A DNA stretch of 55,117 bases from a virus: the IMG/VR virus record IMGVR_UViG_3300020047_002759, one strand, 5' to 3'. A program made the translations under genes and the position numbers. A model generated the notes under the pieces. It was not told the origin of the DNA and did not search any database. It worked only from the letters and a program-made list of their open reading frames with translations. This document shows positions 15,523 through 24,100 of this stretch, piece by piece; position 1 is the stretch's first letter, and every line of letters begins with the position of its first letter.

Positions 15523-15827
15523 CAACGGTGGCCGAGAAGAAGCACATGGACAGGGTAGCCGATCTTGGGTGCGCGGTATGCCGCCGCACGGGTTACGAGG
15601 GCACCCCTGCTGAGTTGCATCATCCGAGGGCGGGAACAGGGGCAGGGAGGCGCTCGAGCCACATGGACGTCATACCCCTATGCCCTGAGCACCACCGAGG
15701 CAAGACGGGCCTACATGGCCTTGGAACCAAAGGCTTTGTCAAACACTACGGCTACAGCGAGGCTGATTTGCTGGACGACACCCAAGTTTTGTTAGATTTG
15801 GAGAAAAACAACAGAATTGTAAAATAA
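15519..15827 (+). CDS. Ref-like (RecA-dependent) HNH-family nuclease
   Basis: 'HMDRVADLGCAVCRR...TPAELHHPR...HMDVIPLCPEHHRGKTGLH...FVKHYGYSEADLL' fits the phage P1 Ref-family pattern (CxxC...HH...C..HH). ATG 15519 overlaps the upstream stop. Confidence 0.65.
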   Translation: MTTVAEKKHMDRVADLGCAVCRRTGYEGTPAELHHPRAGTGAGRRSSHMDVIPLCPEHHRGKTGLHGLGTKGFVKHYGYSEADLLDDTQVLLDLEKNNRIVK

Positions 15828-15831
15828 TCAT

Positions 15832-15863
15832 GTCAACCAGCATAAAACGTATTGCGTTGTATG
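15832..15863 (+). promoter_or_regulatory. GTCAAC-N17-CGTT promoter-like element, copy A
   Basis: GTCAACCAGCATAAAACGTATTGCGTTGTATG sits in the 83-nt gap before 15911. Confidence 0.5.
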
Positions 15864-15892
15864 TCTTGTAGTTAAACTACAATCCTCTAAAC

Positions 15893-15900
15893 CAACAGCG
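15893..15900 (+). promoter_or_regulatory. CAACAGCG 5'-UTR box (copy A), 10 nt before the start codon
   Basis: 'aaCCAACAGCGaaagtaaaccATG'. Confidence 0.4.
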
Positions 15901-15910
15901 AAAGTAAACC

Positions 15911-16210
15911 ATGAAAAACGACCTCATCATCAGCACATTAGTTGACACCCTCGGCGACATCGACAAGCGCATCAAAGAACTGCAAGCCCACGAAAAGCAG
16001 ATCAAAGACCAACTCAAGGACATGGCCACCCTGCCTGACGGCAAAAAAACCTACATTGGCCAAGCCTATGTGGCTACCATTTCCTCACGCACCAACTACG
16101 CAATTAACTTTGCTACGCTTGAGGCTGACACAGGCTTGACCGAAAAAGCCCTCAAGGCTTACAAAACCATCCCATCCACCTCGCTGGTGTGTGGCGTTGA
16201 CGCTATCTAA
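15911..16210 (+). CDS. Hypothetical protein
   Basis: 99-aa ORF downstream of promoter-like element A. Confidence 0.65.
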   Translation: MKNDLIISTLVDTLGDIDKRIKELQAHEKQIKDQLKDMATLPDGKKTYIGQAYVATISSRTNYAINFATLEADTGLTEKALKAYKTIPSTSLVCGVDAI

Positions 16211-16221
16211 GGAGAGACAGC

Positions 16222-16377
16222 ATGCGAAAGTTGATTAACACCTACCGACGCCTGCCTACGCCCACAAATCGGCGTAGGTTGCAGGCATTCATTACCAAGT
16301 ACCCTATGTCATGGGTGCTGGCAACAACACCCCAGCGCGATTTCTTGCGCTCCAATGAATTTACTTTTTCACTTTAA
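16222..16377 (+). CDS. Hypothetical 51-aa basic protein (below the ORF-track cutoff)
   Basis: AAGGAGAG (16209-16216) lies upstream of the ATG. The product is MRKLINTYRRLPTPTNRRRLQAFITKYPMSWVLATTPQRDFLRSNEFTFSL. Confidence 0.45.
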   Translation: MRKLINTYRRLPTPTNRRRLQAFITKYPMSWVLATTPQRDFLRSNEFTFSL

Positions 16378-16386
16378 GGATCCACC

Positions 16387-16827
16387 ATGGAACAAAAAGA
16401 ATTTAACCGCCGCGTCAACCAAGATATTCAAACATTTCTCAAACAAGGCGTCGTCGTGATCAGGCCTGAAACAGAGCTTGATCATATGTTGCTGGATAAC
16501 AACGTTATGCTTTGCAAGCATTGCGGCTTTGAACAGCAGATCAAGATGGGCGTAACCTCATTTAACGATCTTGACGAGACGTTTGACAAGTTTCAAAGCG
16601 TACACATGCATTGCGAAAAGCCCGTGGCCGCAAACACGCGCAAGCCCATTACTGAGCTTAATGAAATTGCCAAGCAGGCTTTGACCAACGCCGTGAATGA
16701 CGGCTACCACTCAGGCTTTGACCACGGTTGTGACTACATCTTGCACGAAGCAGAATACTGGGTGCGCGACGACAAGGGCACCTTGGCTGAATTTGTGGTT
16801 TATTTAAAAGATTTTAAAAAAGGTTGA
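16387..16827 (+). CDS. Hypothetical protein (Cys/His-containing)
   Basis: 146-aa ORF containing 'CKHCGF...HMHCEKP'. No family was recognised. Confidence 0.65.
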   Translation: MEQKEFNRRVNQDIQTFLKQGVVVIRPETELDHMLLDNNVMLCKHCGFEQQIKMGVTSFNDLDETFDKFQSVHMHCEKPVAANTRKPITELNEIAKQALTNAVNDGYHSGFDHGCDYILHEAEYWVRDDKGTLAEFVVYLKDFKKG

Positions 16828-16833
16828 AACCTT

Positions 16834-16865
16834 GTCAACCGACTCGGTTTAACATGCGTTATAGT
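16834..16865 (+). promoter_or_regulatory. GTCAAC-N17-CGTT promoter-like element, copy B
   Basis: GTCAACCGACTCGGTTTAACATGCGTTATAGT. The downstream 'ATGGTCTCAGGACAA' is almost identical to copy C. Confidence 0.55.
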
Positions 16866-16898
16866 ATGGTCTCAGGACAAAACAGTTAACTTTTTCAA

Positions 16899-16906
16899 CA
16901 ACAGCG
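16899..16906 (+). promoter_or_regulatory. CAACAGCG 5'-UTR box (copy B), 12 nt before the start codon
   Basis: 'caaCAACAGCGaaggaattcaaaATG'. Confidence 0.4.
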
Positions 16907-16918
16907 AAGGAATTCAAA

Positions 16919-17773
16919 ATGTACCGTTACAGCAAATCTACCCCTTTCCAAGGCCACCGTTCAAACCAGCCTTTGACCAATGACCAAATTGCTTACTACG
17001 CCCCCAGCGTGGTGGCAGATGGTGCCCATGAGTCCCGTGGTGAGCGCTACACGTTCATCCCCACCATTGCAGTGATCGACGGCCTGCGCCGCGAGGGCTT
17101 CCAGCCCTTTGAGGTTCAGCAGACCCGTGTACGCGACATCAGCAAGCGTGAGCACACCAAGCACATGGTTCGCCTGCGCCACGCCGATGCCGCCGCCTCT
17201 GACGGTGAGGTGGGCGAGATCATCCTGCTCAACAGCCACGACGGTAGCTCCAGCTACCAGTTGTTGTCAGGCTTCTTCCGCTTTGTTTGCAACAACGGCC
17301 TGATTGCTGGTGACGTGACCAACGACATCCGCGTGCGCCACAGTGGCAACGTAGTGGATAACGTTATCGAGGGTGCCACACGTATCCTCGACGACCTGCA
17401 AATCGCCCAAGAGCGCTTGGACACGTTCAAGTCCATCGTCCTGTCTCCTGACGAGCAGACCTTGTTTGCTAACGCCGCCTTGTCCCTCCGCTGGGAGCAA
17501 GACCAAGCCCCTGTAACCGCTGACCGCGTGTTGATCCCTAACCGCTGGGATGACCGCAAGAACGACCTTTGGACAACGTTTAACCGCGTGCAAGAGTCCT
17601 TGGTCAAAGGTGGTGTACATGGACGCGCCAAGACTGGCCGCCGCCTCACCACACGCGCTGTGGCTGGCGTCAACGAGAACGTCAGGCTCAACCGTGCTTT
17701 GTGGTCGCTGGCTGACGGCATGGCTAACTTGAAGCAAAACGTCATTGACATTGAGGAGCTTGTTGCCGCATAA
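16919..17773 (+). CDS. DUF932-family protein (phage/plasmid-associated, function unknown)
   Basis: 'EIILLNSHDGSSSYQLLSGFFRFVCNNGL' is the NSHDGSS hallmark of DUF932. The 284-aa length is typical. Confidence 0.75.
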   Translation: MYRYSKSTPFQGHRSNQPLTNDQIAYYAPSVVADGAHESRGERYTFIPTIAVIDGLRREGFQPFEVQQTRVRDISKREHTKHMVRLRHADAAASDGEVGEIILLNSHDGSSSYQLLSGFFRFVCNNGLIAGDVTNDIRVRHSGNVVDNVIEGATRILDDLQIAQERLDTFKSIVLSPDEQTLFANAALSLRWEQDQAPVTADRVLIPNRWDDRKNDLWTTFNRVQESLVKGGVHGRAKTGRRLTTRAVAGVNENVRLNRALWSLADGMANLKQNVIDIEELVAA

Positions 17774-17786
17774 GTCAAGGTCAAAA

Positions 17787-17811
17787 GGTAGGGGGCTTTT
17801 GCCCCCTTACC
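17787..17811 (+). terminator. Hairpin terminator after the DUF932 gene
   Basis: GGTAGGGGGC-TTTT-GCCCCCTTACC forms a GC-rich stem with one bulge. The trailing U-tract is weak (CTACTTATTG). Confidence 0.55.
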
Positions 17812-17852
17812 TACTTATTGCCGAAAATATATTTATTTATTTGTAAACCAGC

Positions 17853-17884
17853 GTCAACCAATTCGGTTTAAAATGCGTTATAGT
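17853..17884 (+). promoter_or_regulatory. GTCAAC-N17-CGTT promoter-like element, copy C
   Basis: GTCAACCAATTCGGTTTAAAATGCGTTATAGT is followed by ATGGTCTCAAGACAA. Confidence 0.55.
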
Positions 17885-17908
17885 ATGGTCTCAAGACAAT
17901 TTAACAAC

Positions 17909-17916
17909 CAACAGCG
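17909..17916 (+). promoter_or_regulatory. CAACAGCG 5'-UTR box (copy C), 13 nt before the start codon
   Basis: 'aaCCAACAGCGaacaaggagcgatATG'. Confidence 0.4.
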
Positions 17917-17929
17917 AACAAGGAGCGAT

Positions 17930-18817
17930 ATGACTACAGCAACAAATTTTCTCAGCGACATGGCTGATGACTTGGGTGCAATTTACGCATCTAAGCCCGT
18001 GGCCGCCGCAACCAGCGAAGTGACTTACTTCGAGCAAGCTTGCCCTAAGTGCAGGGGCACTGGCCGCTTTTCCTTCGGTTACATCAACGTCCAAAGTGGC
18101 GAGTGCTTTGCTTGCAAAGGCAAGGGCAAGCTGTCTTTCAAAACCTCTCCTGCCACCCGTGCCAAGGCAAAGGCTGGCGCACAACGCCGCGTAACCGCCA
18201 AGGCTGATGCCCAAGCCACTAAAGCCGCTGAATGGAAAATTGCTAACCCTGCTGAAACAGCGTGGATGGAGTCCAGCGCAGAGCGCTTTGAGTTTGCCCG
18301 CGCTATGCTTGACGCTCTCACCAAATACGGCTCATTGACTGAAAAGCAGTTTGCTACAGTTCAGCGCCTGACCGTGCAGGACGTCGAGCGCAAAGCCAAC
18401 CGCGTTGTGGAGCAAGCCGCTCGCGCCACGTCAGCCCCTGTCGTGACCGTTGAGGCTATCGAGGTGGCATTCAACACCGCCAAGCAAGCTGGGGTTAAGC
18501 ACCCCAAATTGCGCCTTGATACTTTTGTTTTCAGCCCCGCTGGCGAGGCAAGCGCAAACGCTGGTGCCATCTACATCAAAAACAAAGAAGATGGCGTGTA
18601 CTTGGGCAAGGTTATGAACGGTCGCCTCTTCACATCACGCGACTGCACCACAGAGGCGGCAGAGCGCATTGTGGCGGTCTCCAGCGACCCCAAGCAAGCC
18701 GCCATAGCCTACGGCATGAAATTCGGCGCTTGCGCCATCTGTGGCCGTGCATTGACTGACAGCGACAGCATTGCTCGCGGCATTGGCCCCATCTGCGCAG
18801 AATATTACAACTTTTAA
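17930..18817 (+). CDS. Protein with a DnaJ-type CxxCxGxG zinc finger and a C-terminal DUF6011-like motif
   Basis: It contains 'CPKCRGTGR...CFACKGKGK' and a C-terminal 'CAICGRALTDSDSIARGIGPICAEY'. The start is ATG 17930 (AAGGAGCG upstream). The tracked start 17873 lies inside promoter repeat C. Confidence 0.7.
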   Translation: MTTATNFLSDMADDLGAIYASKPVAAATSEVTYFEQACPKCRGTGRFSFGYINVQSGECFACKGKGKLSFKTSPATRAKAKAGAQRRVTAKADAQATKAAEWKIANPAETAWMESSAERFEFARAMLDALTKYGSLTEKQFATVQRLTVQDVERKANRVVEQAARATSAPVVTVEAIEVAFNTAKQAGVKHPKLRLDTFVFSPAGEASANAGAIYIKNKEDGVYLGKVMNGRLFTSRDCTTEAAERIVAVSSDPKQAAIAYGMKFGACAICGRALTDSDSIARGIGPICAEYYNF

Positions 18818-18827
18818 GGAGATACGT

Positions 18828-19046
18828 ATGACAAACAAAGCAATACCTCACAGCAACATGGGCCAGTTCTTTGATGAGGACGAGGCCGAGTTGATTCGCC
18901 AGTTCAAGGCCATCACCCCTGAACAGCGCTCAGAAGAAGAGCGTTTACGTCAGATTCAACGGGACTGGGAGGCGGCACACACTGCTTTTGAGACTGACGA
19001 GGACAGAGCAGACCCCGAAAAATACCCACAGGAAGAAGACGAGTGA
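18828..19046 (+). CDS. Hypothetical acidic protein
   Basis: ATG 18828 has AAGGAG upstream. The 72-aa product begins MTNKAIPHSNMGQFFDEDEAELIRQF.... Confidence 0.6.
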   Translation: MTNKAIPHSNMGQFFDEDEAELIRQFKAITPEQRSEEERLRQIQRDWEAAHTAFETDEDRADPEKYPQEEDE

Positions 19047-19069
19047 ACCACCGCTAACGTCAAATGTTC

Positions 19070-19099
19070 TTGCATAAGAAGAATAAAAAGTAGTAAAAT
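19070..19099 (+). promoter_or_regulatory. Sigma70-like promoter candidate upstream of the packaging/late genes (TTGCAT-N18-TAAAAT)
   Basis: TTGCAT is at 19070-19075 and TAAAAT at 19094-19099, in the 85-nt gap before terS. Confidence 0.45.
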
Positions 19100-19131
19100 C
19101 AGGCACTGCAACCTACCTCGGAATAGGGATC

Positions 19132-19710
19132 ATGCCTGAAACGTCAGCATCACAGCCAAGGGCCGCTAAGCCACGCAAGGTGGCCGTCTCCGCGCCCGCC
19201 AAAAAAACCCAAACGGTAAAACGCCCAAGAAACGTCAGCACATATGATCCCGATGTAGCAAGGGTGATATGCGAACACCTGAGTGAGGGAATACCGTTAA
19301 GACAGATATGCAGAGAGAACGAAGGCTTCCCAGCTTGGAGGACGGTTTACGATTGGATGGGGCGCGACCCCGAACTGGCCGCATCAATCGCACGCGCACG
19401 CGACATTGGCTATGACGCTATCGCTGAGGAATGCTTGCAGATTGCTGACACCGTGGCTTTTGGTCAGAAGCAGGTGATGACTGATGAGGGCACCGCCACC
19501 ACCATCGAGGACATGCTCGGGCACCGCAAGCTTCAGATTGAGACCCGCCTCAAGCTCTTGGCCAAGTTCCACCCCACCAAGTACGGCGAGAAGATCGGCG
19601 TGCATGGCGTGGCAGGCCAGCCCCCTGTATCCACTGAGGACACTGGCGTCACCCGCCTCTTCGAGTTACTGCGCAACGCTGAGCTAAAGACCCGTGCTGG
19701 ATCTGCTTGA
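19132..19710 (+). CDS. terS: Terminase small subunit
   Basis: The pattern 'VARVICEHLSEGIPLRQICRENEGFPAWRTVYDWM...ASIARARDIGYDAIAEECLQIAD...KLQIETRLKLLAKFHPTKYGEK' is typical of HTH-type TerS. It sits immediately upstream of, and overlaps, TerL. Confidence 0.7.
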   Translation: MPETSASQPRAAKPRKVAVSAPAKKTQTVKRPRNVSTYDPDVARVICEHLSEGIPLRQICRENEGFPAWRTVYDWMGRDPELAASIARARDIGYDAIAEECLQIADTVAFGQKQVMTDEGTATTIEDMLGHRKLQIETRLKLLAKFHPTKYGEKIGVHGVAGQPPVSTEDTGVTRLFELLRNAELKTRAGSA

Positions 19711-21115
19711 CGCTGAGACGGCAACCGCGTTCGCGGGCCTTGGGCCCCTTGACCGCCTAGCCATGATCAAGCACATGGAGTGGGTGAACAAAGCCCACCC
19801 CTATCAGATCCCGCCTGACCTACAACAAGATTGGACAGTATGGCTTCTCCTCGCAGGGCGTGGAGCGGGCAAGAGCCACGCAGGGAGCCACGCCCTGTGG
19901 TGGTGGTGCTGGACGCACCCCAACTCACGCGGGCTCGTCCTAGCCCCCACCAGCAACGACGTCAAGTTCACCTGCTTCGAGGGAGTGTCGGGCCTAATTG
20001 CCAACATCCCTCGGGAGCTTGTGGCCAACTACAACAAGCAGGATCACGTCATTGACCTTGTCAATGGCTCAAGCATCAGGGGCATCAGCGCAGACTCGTA
20101 TGAGCGCCTACGCGGCCCTCAGTTCCACTTCGCATGGTGTGATGAGCTTGCGGCCTTTCAGTACCTGCAAGACGCGTGGGACATGATGATGTTCGGTCTG
20201 CGCCTTGGTGAACAGCCAAGGGTGATAGCCACGACAACGCCCAAGCCCAAGGACTTGATCATTGACCTTGTGGGCCGCGAGGGTGACGACGTGGTGGTAG
20301 ACCGCGCCAGCACCTACGCCAACATGGCCAACCTTGCACCGAGCTTTGCCAACCAGCTAGAGCAGTACAGGGGCACCAAGCTCTATGACCAAGAGGTGAT
20401 GGGCCAACTCGTTGACCTCGAGGATGGCAAGGTGGTCAGCCGCGACATGTTTGAGCTATGGCCAGCGTTCACCGCCGACGGGCACCCTAACCCGTTCCCT
20501 GACTTTGAGTTCATTGTGATGTCGCTGGACTGTGCGTTCAGCGAGAAGACCCACAACGACCCAACAGCCTGCACCGTGTGGGGCGTGTTCAAGCCACTGG
20601 ACGGCCCCATGTCTGTCCTGCTCATCGACGCATGGGCTGAGCACCTGAGCTTCCCTGACCTCAAGCCAAGGGTCATTGACGAGTTCTACACCAGCTACGG
20701 CGAGGGCAAGAAGGCGAAGAAGCCTGACCTGATGATCATCGAGGACAAGGCGGCAGGCATCAGTCTTATACAAGAGTTGGCAAGGGCGGGGTTACCGTGC
20801 AGGGCGTACAACCCGGGTCGCGCCGACAAGATGCAGAGGCTACAGATCTCTGCCGCCGTCATTGCCGCTGGGCGTGTGTGGCTCCCCGAGAGTGAGACCC
20901 GACCCAACATGGTCAAGACGTGGGCCGAGGGCTTCCTGTCTCAGATCTGCTCATTCCCTGACTCCGCGCACGACGACTACGTCGACACCACCACGCAGGT
21001 GCTCCGCATCTTGAAGGACATGGGCTGGCTCGACATCGACCCACCTCCTCTGTATGATGACGACGATTACGCAGACGACTACAAACCTAAGAGGGTGAAC
21101 CCCTATGCGGCATAA
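19694..21115 (+). CDS. terL: Terminase large subunit
   Basis: It has Walker A 'LLLAGRGAGKS' and Walker B-like 'FHFAWCDELAAF', with a C-terminal nuclease-like region ('FIVMSLDCAFS...IIEDKAAG...DDYVDT'). The GTG start at 19694 is uncertain. Confidence 0.85.
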   Translation: MLDLLDAETATAFAGLGPLDRLAMIKHMEWVNKAHPYQIPPDLQQDWTVWLLLAGRGAGKSHAGSHALWWWCWTHPNSRGLVLAPTSNDVKFTCFEGVSGLIANIPRELVANYNKQDHVIDLVNGSSIRGISADSYERLRGPQFHFAWCDELAAFQYLQDAWDMMMFGLRLGEQPRVIATTTPKPKDLIIDLVGREGDDVVVDRASTYANMANLAPSFANQLEQYRGTKLYDQEVMGQLVDLEDGKVVSRDMFELWPAFTADGHPNPFPDFEFIVMSLDCAFSEKTHNDPTACTVWGVFKPLDGPMSVLLIDAWAEHLSFPDLKPRVIDEFYTSYGEGKKAKKPDLMIIEDKAAGISLIQELARAGLPCRAYNPGRADKMQRLQISAAVIAAGRVWLPESETRPNMVKTWAEGFLSQICSFPDSAHDDYVDTTTQVLRILKDMGWLDIDPPPLYDDDDYADDYKPKRVNPYAA

Positions 21116-21117
21116 CC

Positions 21118-24100
21118 ATGGCTGATCCAAGCAAACTAATCCGAGGGGGCAAAGGGGCTAAGGCCGTGATGTCGCTGGCCGATCAGGTCAGAGCCGAGAT
21201 GGCCGCTGAGAAGGCGGCAACGCGTGCCCGAGGCTTTGGTGTCGCTGGCGAGGACTACGCTGACCCTAAGGTCAAGCCCACCATGAAATTCTCTGAGGCG
21301 CTTGGTAACACTGGCTCCGAGGGCAAGACCCTGAACCTTACTGAGGCTGACCGTTCACGTGTGCAAGGTGAAAACATGGGAGGCGTGGGCTTCTCAGGCT
21401 TACAGCTTTATTCAAAACCACATAGGGACGCCAACGTGTCGTGGGGCTTTGGCAGTGAGGAAATAGCTAAGCGCAAGTCTAAGAATGCCGATCCTGAGAA
21501 GAACGTATTCACAACCTACATTGGCTCACCTGACCAGCACAAGTCCAACAGCATCGTGGTCAGGGAGGCGCTCAAGAACGTGCAAGCGGCCAACAGCCAA
21601 AACCTGATTGACCCTGCGCAAATCAATTTGATAAATAAACGCATACGTGAGGCAAGGAGTAAGAGTGGCACGTTGCTGTTCCAGTCTGACTTTGACGTCA
21701 CCGACCCCCAAGCAATGAGCGCGGCAACCACCTTTGACCGCCGCACTGCTATCAGCAATGCATTGATGGGTATAGGGGTGCAGGGCCCCATGAAAAAGTT
21801 GGACTTTAAAAAAGCCAACCCCAACCTCGAATACAAAGACCCAGCGCAGATGGACAGCATATTGAGGCGTGAGACAGAGCCAATGCTGGAGGGCTTGCCT
21901 AACTACAGCGTGGGCCCGCGCCTGTTCACCTTGGACGGTGGCGTGGTCTACCGACCTGACCTCAACTTTGCTTTCCCTCATCAGACGACTGGCACCGACA
22001 TGGGCGTCATGTTTGAGATGCCAACAATCCGAGAAGCCGCACCTGACTTTATCAAGAAGAAGGGCTACAAACCCAAAGACGTAGTAAACGCACGCGCCAT
22101 GTCCATGGGTGCGCCGACTCAGTTTGTCAGTGAAGAATACTTGACCAACCTACAAAAGATTGGCAGGAAGAAGGGCGGCTTAGCCAGCATGGCCAAGGGC
22201 GGTGCGGCGCGTGGCATCAAGAAGCTCAAGGGTATTTACAACGAGGTAGAGACCAGCATGGGCAGGGGCAAGGGCGCTGACTTTGAGCAGACCGCATCGC
22301 CGCTAAACATCATCAAGGAGACTGGCGGTAATTGGTCACCCTCAGGTGAAATGGTTTACAAGTCTAATCTTGACCGTGAGTTAGAAAAACTTGAAAAGGG
22401 TAGATTTAATCCTAAGAGCAACAACATTAAGCTGATGCTTGAAGATGCTGTAAAAGCAGGCGACGCTCGTCAGGTTGAGGTCTTAACTACAAACTTACGC
22501 AGTGCCATTGGAAATGAAGCCGCCAACAAGTGGGTGCAATCCAACCTCAAGAACTACATCACCAAGCAGATGGCGACCAAGGACGACCCTGTTCGCAAGT
22601 TGGCTGAGGAAGGTATAACGGCGTTTCCTAAGAACGTAGATGAGTATGGTGACGTGGAGTTGCGCACTTATGGAAGCGCTAAGGCAAGGCAAAATCGTAA
22701 AGATACTGGTTATGTTCAAGCTGGAGTTTCTCAATCTCCCTTAGCAAAACATTACGAAACAATGACCGATGAGTCAATTTCTCCAAATATAGCCAAAGAA
22801 TATCAACGAATGCAAAATTTGCCGCCTATGCAAAGACCAGCGGGCGTGATTGATTCGCCTTGGTTACTCAAGCTAGACCCTGAGACGCCTATCTTTTCGT
22901 TAAGCCGAGACGCTGACTTTGACAAGTTGGGCTTTGGTCACATGATGGATGTCTTGCGTGAAGACGTTGCCGCTGGTCGCATTCGTCCTGAGAAGCTGAA
23001 TACGATAAGCATAGAGCAGGCGGTGCGTCGCACGCATGAGTATGACGAGACGCTTAAAGCAAATATGCTCAACGCAAGGATTGCAGAGCAAGCGAACGCA
23101 AATGTATTCAAAGAGTATCCTGAAGGGTACAAGTGGGTGCAGTTAGATCAGCCGGGTCAATTCAACCTTGAATCCGACATTATGGGTCACTCTGTGCGTG
23201 GGTATGAGCCACCCAAAGGTCACCCTGACTACACCGACATATCAGGCGACTCAGGACACGACACCTACGGTCAAGGTGGCTATGAGGCTATTAAGTCAGG
23301 CAGGGCTAAGGTTTATTCATTGCGTGACCCTAAAGGTCAATCGCACGTCACGGTTGAGGTTGGGCAAAATGGGTTGAGAGAACAATTTTTTAAGTTGCCA
23401 CAAAAAGAAAAAGAAAGAATAAATTCTACTTATAAGGGATGGGAATCAAAACTAGGACGTGAACCAACTCCTGAAGAGCATGATTCACAACTGTACAAAA
23501 TAATGTCCGAAATGGGTTATGCGCCTACTGAAAAAATTACCCAAATCAAAGGCAAGCAGAATGCCGCTCCCAATGAATCGTATCAACCGTATGTGCAAGA
23601 CTTTGTAAAGAGCGGAAATTGGTCTGACGTTGGCGACCTTGATAATACTGGGCTTGTAAGGATTTATGCTGAAAGTGAATTAGCGCAAACTCTTGGTAAA
23701 AAAGGCTTGCCTGTTCCAAAATATGCCAGTCAAGATGAAGTTTCTGAATTGTTGAAGCAAGCTGAAGTAGGCTCTTACAGAGATGCAAGTAAAGGCAAAA
23801 CTTGGATAAATGACGAGCATCCTGATTACAAAACAGACGCCCCTCCCGCAGAAGGCATGGCAAAGGGTGGATTGGCGTACATGGGCAAAGGCGGTGCCGC
23901 TAAGGGTGCCAAAAAAATAATGAGTCTTGCAGATCAGGTCAGGGCTGAAATGGCGGCAGAAAAGCAGTACGGCCAAATCAGTGGCATGGTGTCCAAGGTG
24001 GGCGAGGAGGGTCGCTCACCCATCATCCCAGTGCCCAACCGCTGGTTTCTGCAACCTGACAAGTTCCCCAACCAACAAAAGTTGATTGAGCGCGTCCTGC

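Noticed and set aside
16832-16865. Reading the repeated element as a sigma70 promoter (TTGTCA -35 with TATAGT -10)
   Set aside because: The spacer would be 22 nt. Copies A and E have poor -10 hexamers (TGTATG, TAAACA), while GTCAAC and CGTT are invariant. An AAC/CGT (ECF-like) or activator-dependent reading therefore fits better.
17254-17784. 176-aa and 156-aa minus-strand ORFs opposite the DUF932 gene
   Set aside because: They are shadow ORFs. The plus-strand product carries the recognisable DUF932 motif and has its own promoter-like element, SD and terminator.
17873-17929. Tracked start 17873 (MRYSMVSRQF...) for the zinc-finger gene
   Set aside because: The ATG lies inside the repeated promoter-like sequence 'aaATGcgttatagtatggtctca'. 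The same sequence occurs upstream of 16919 in a non-coding context. ATG 17930 has AAGGAGCG upstream.
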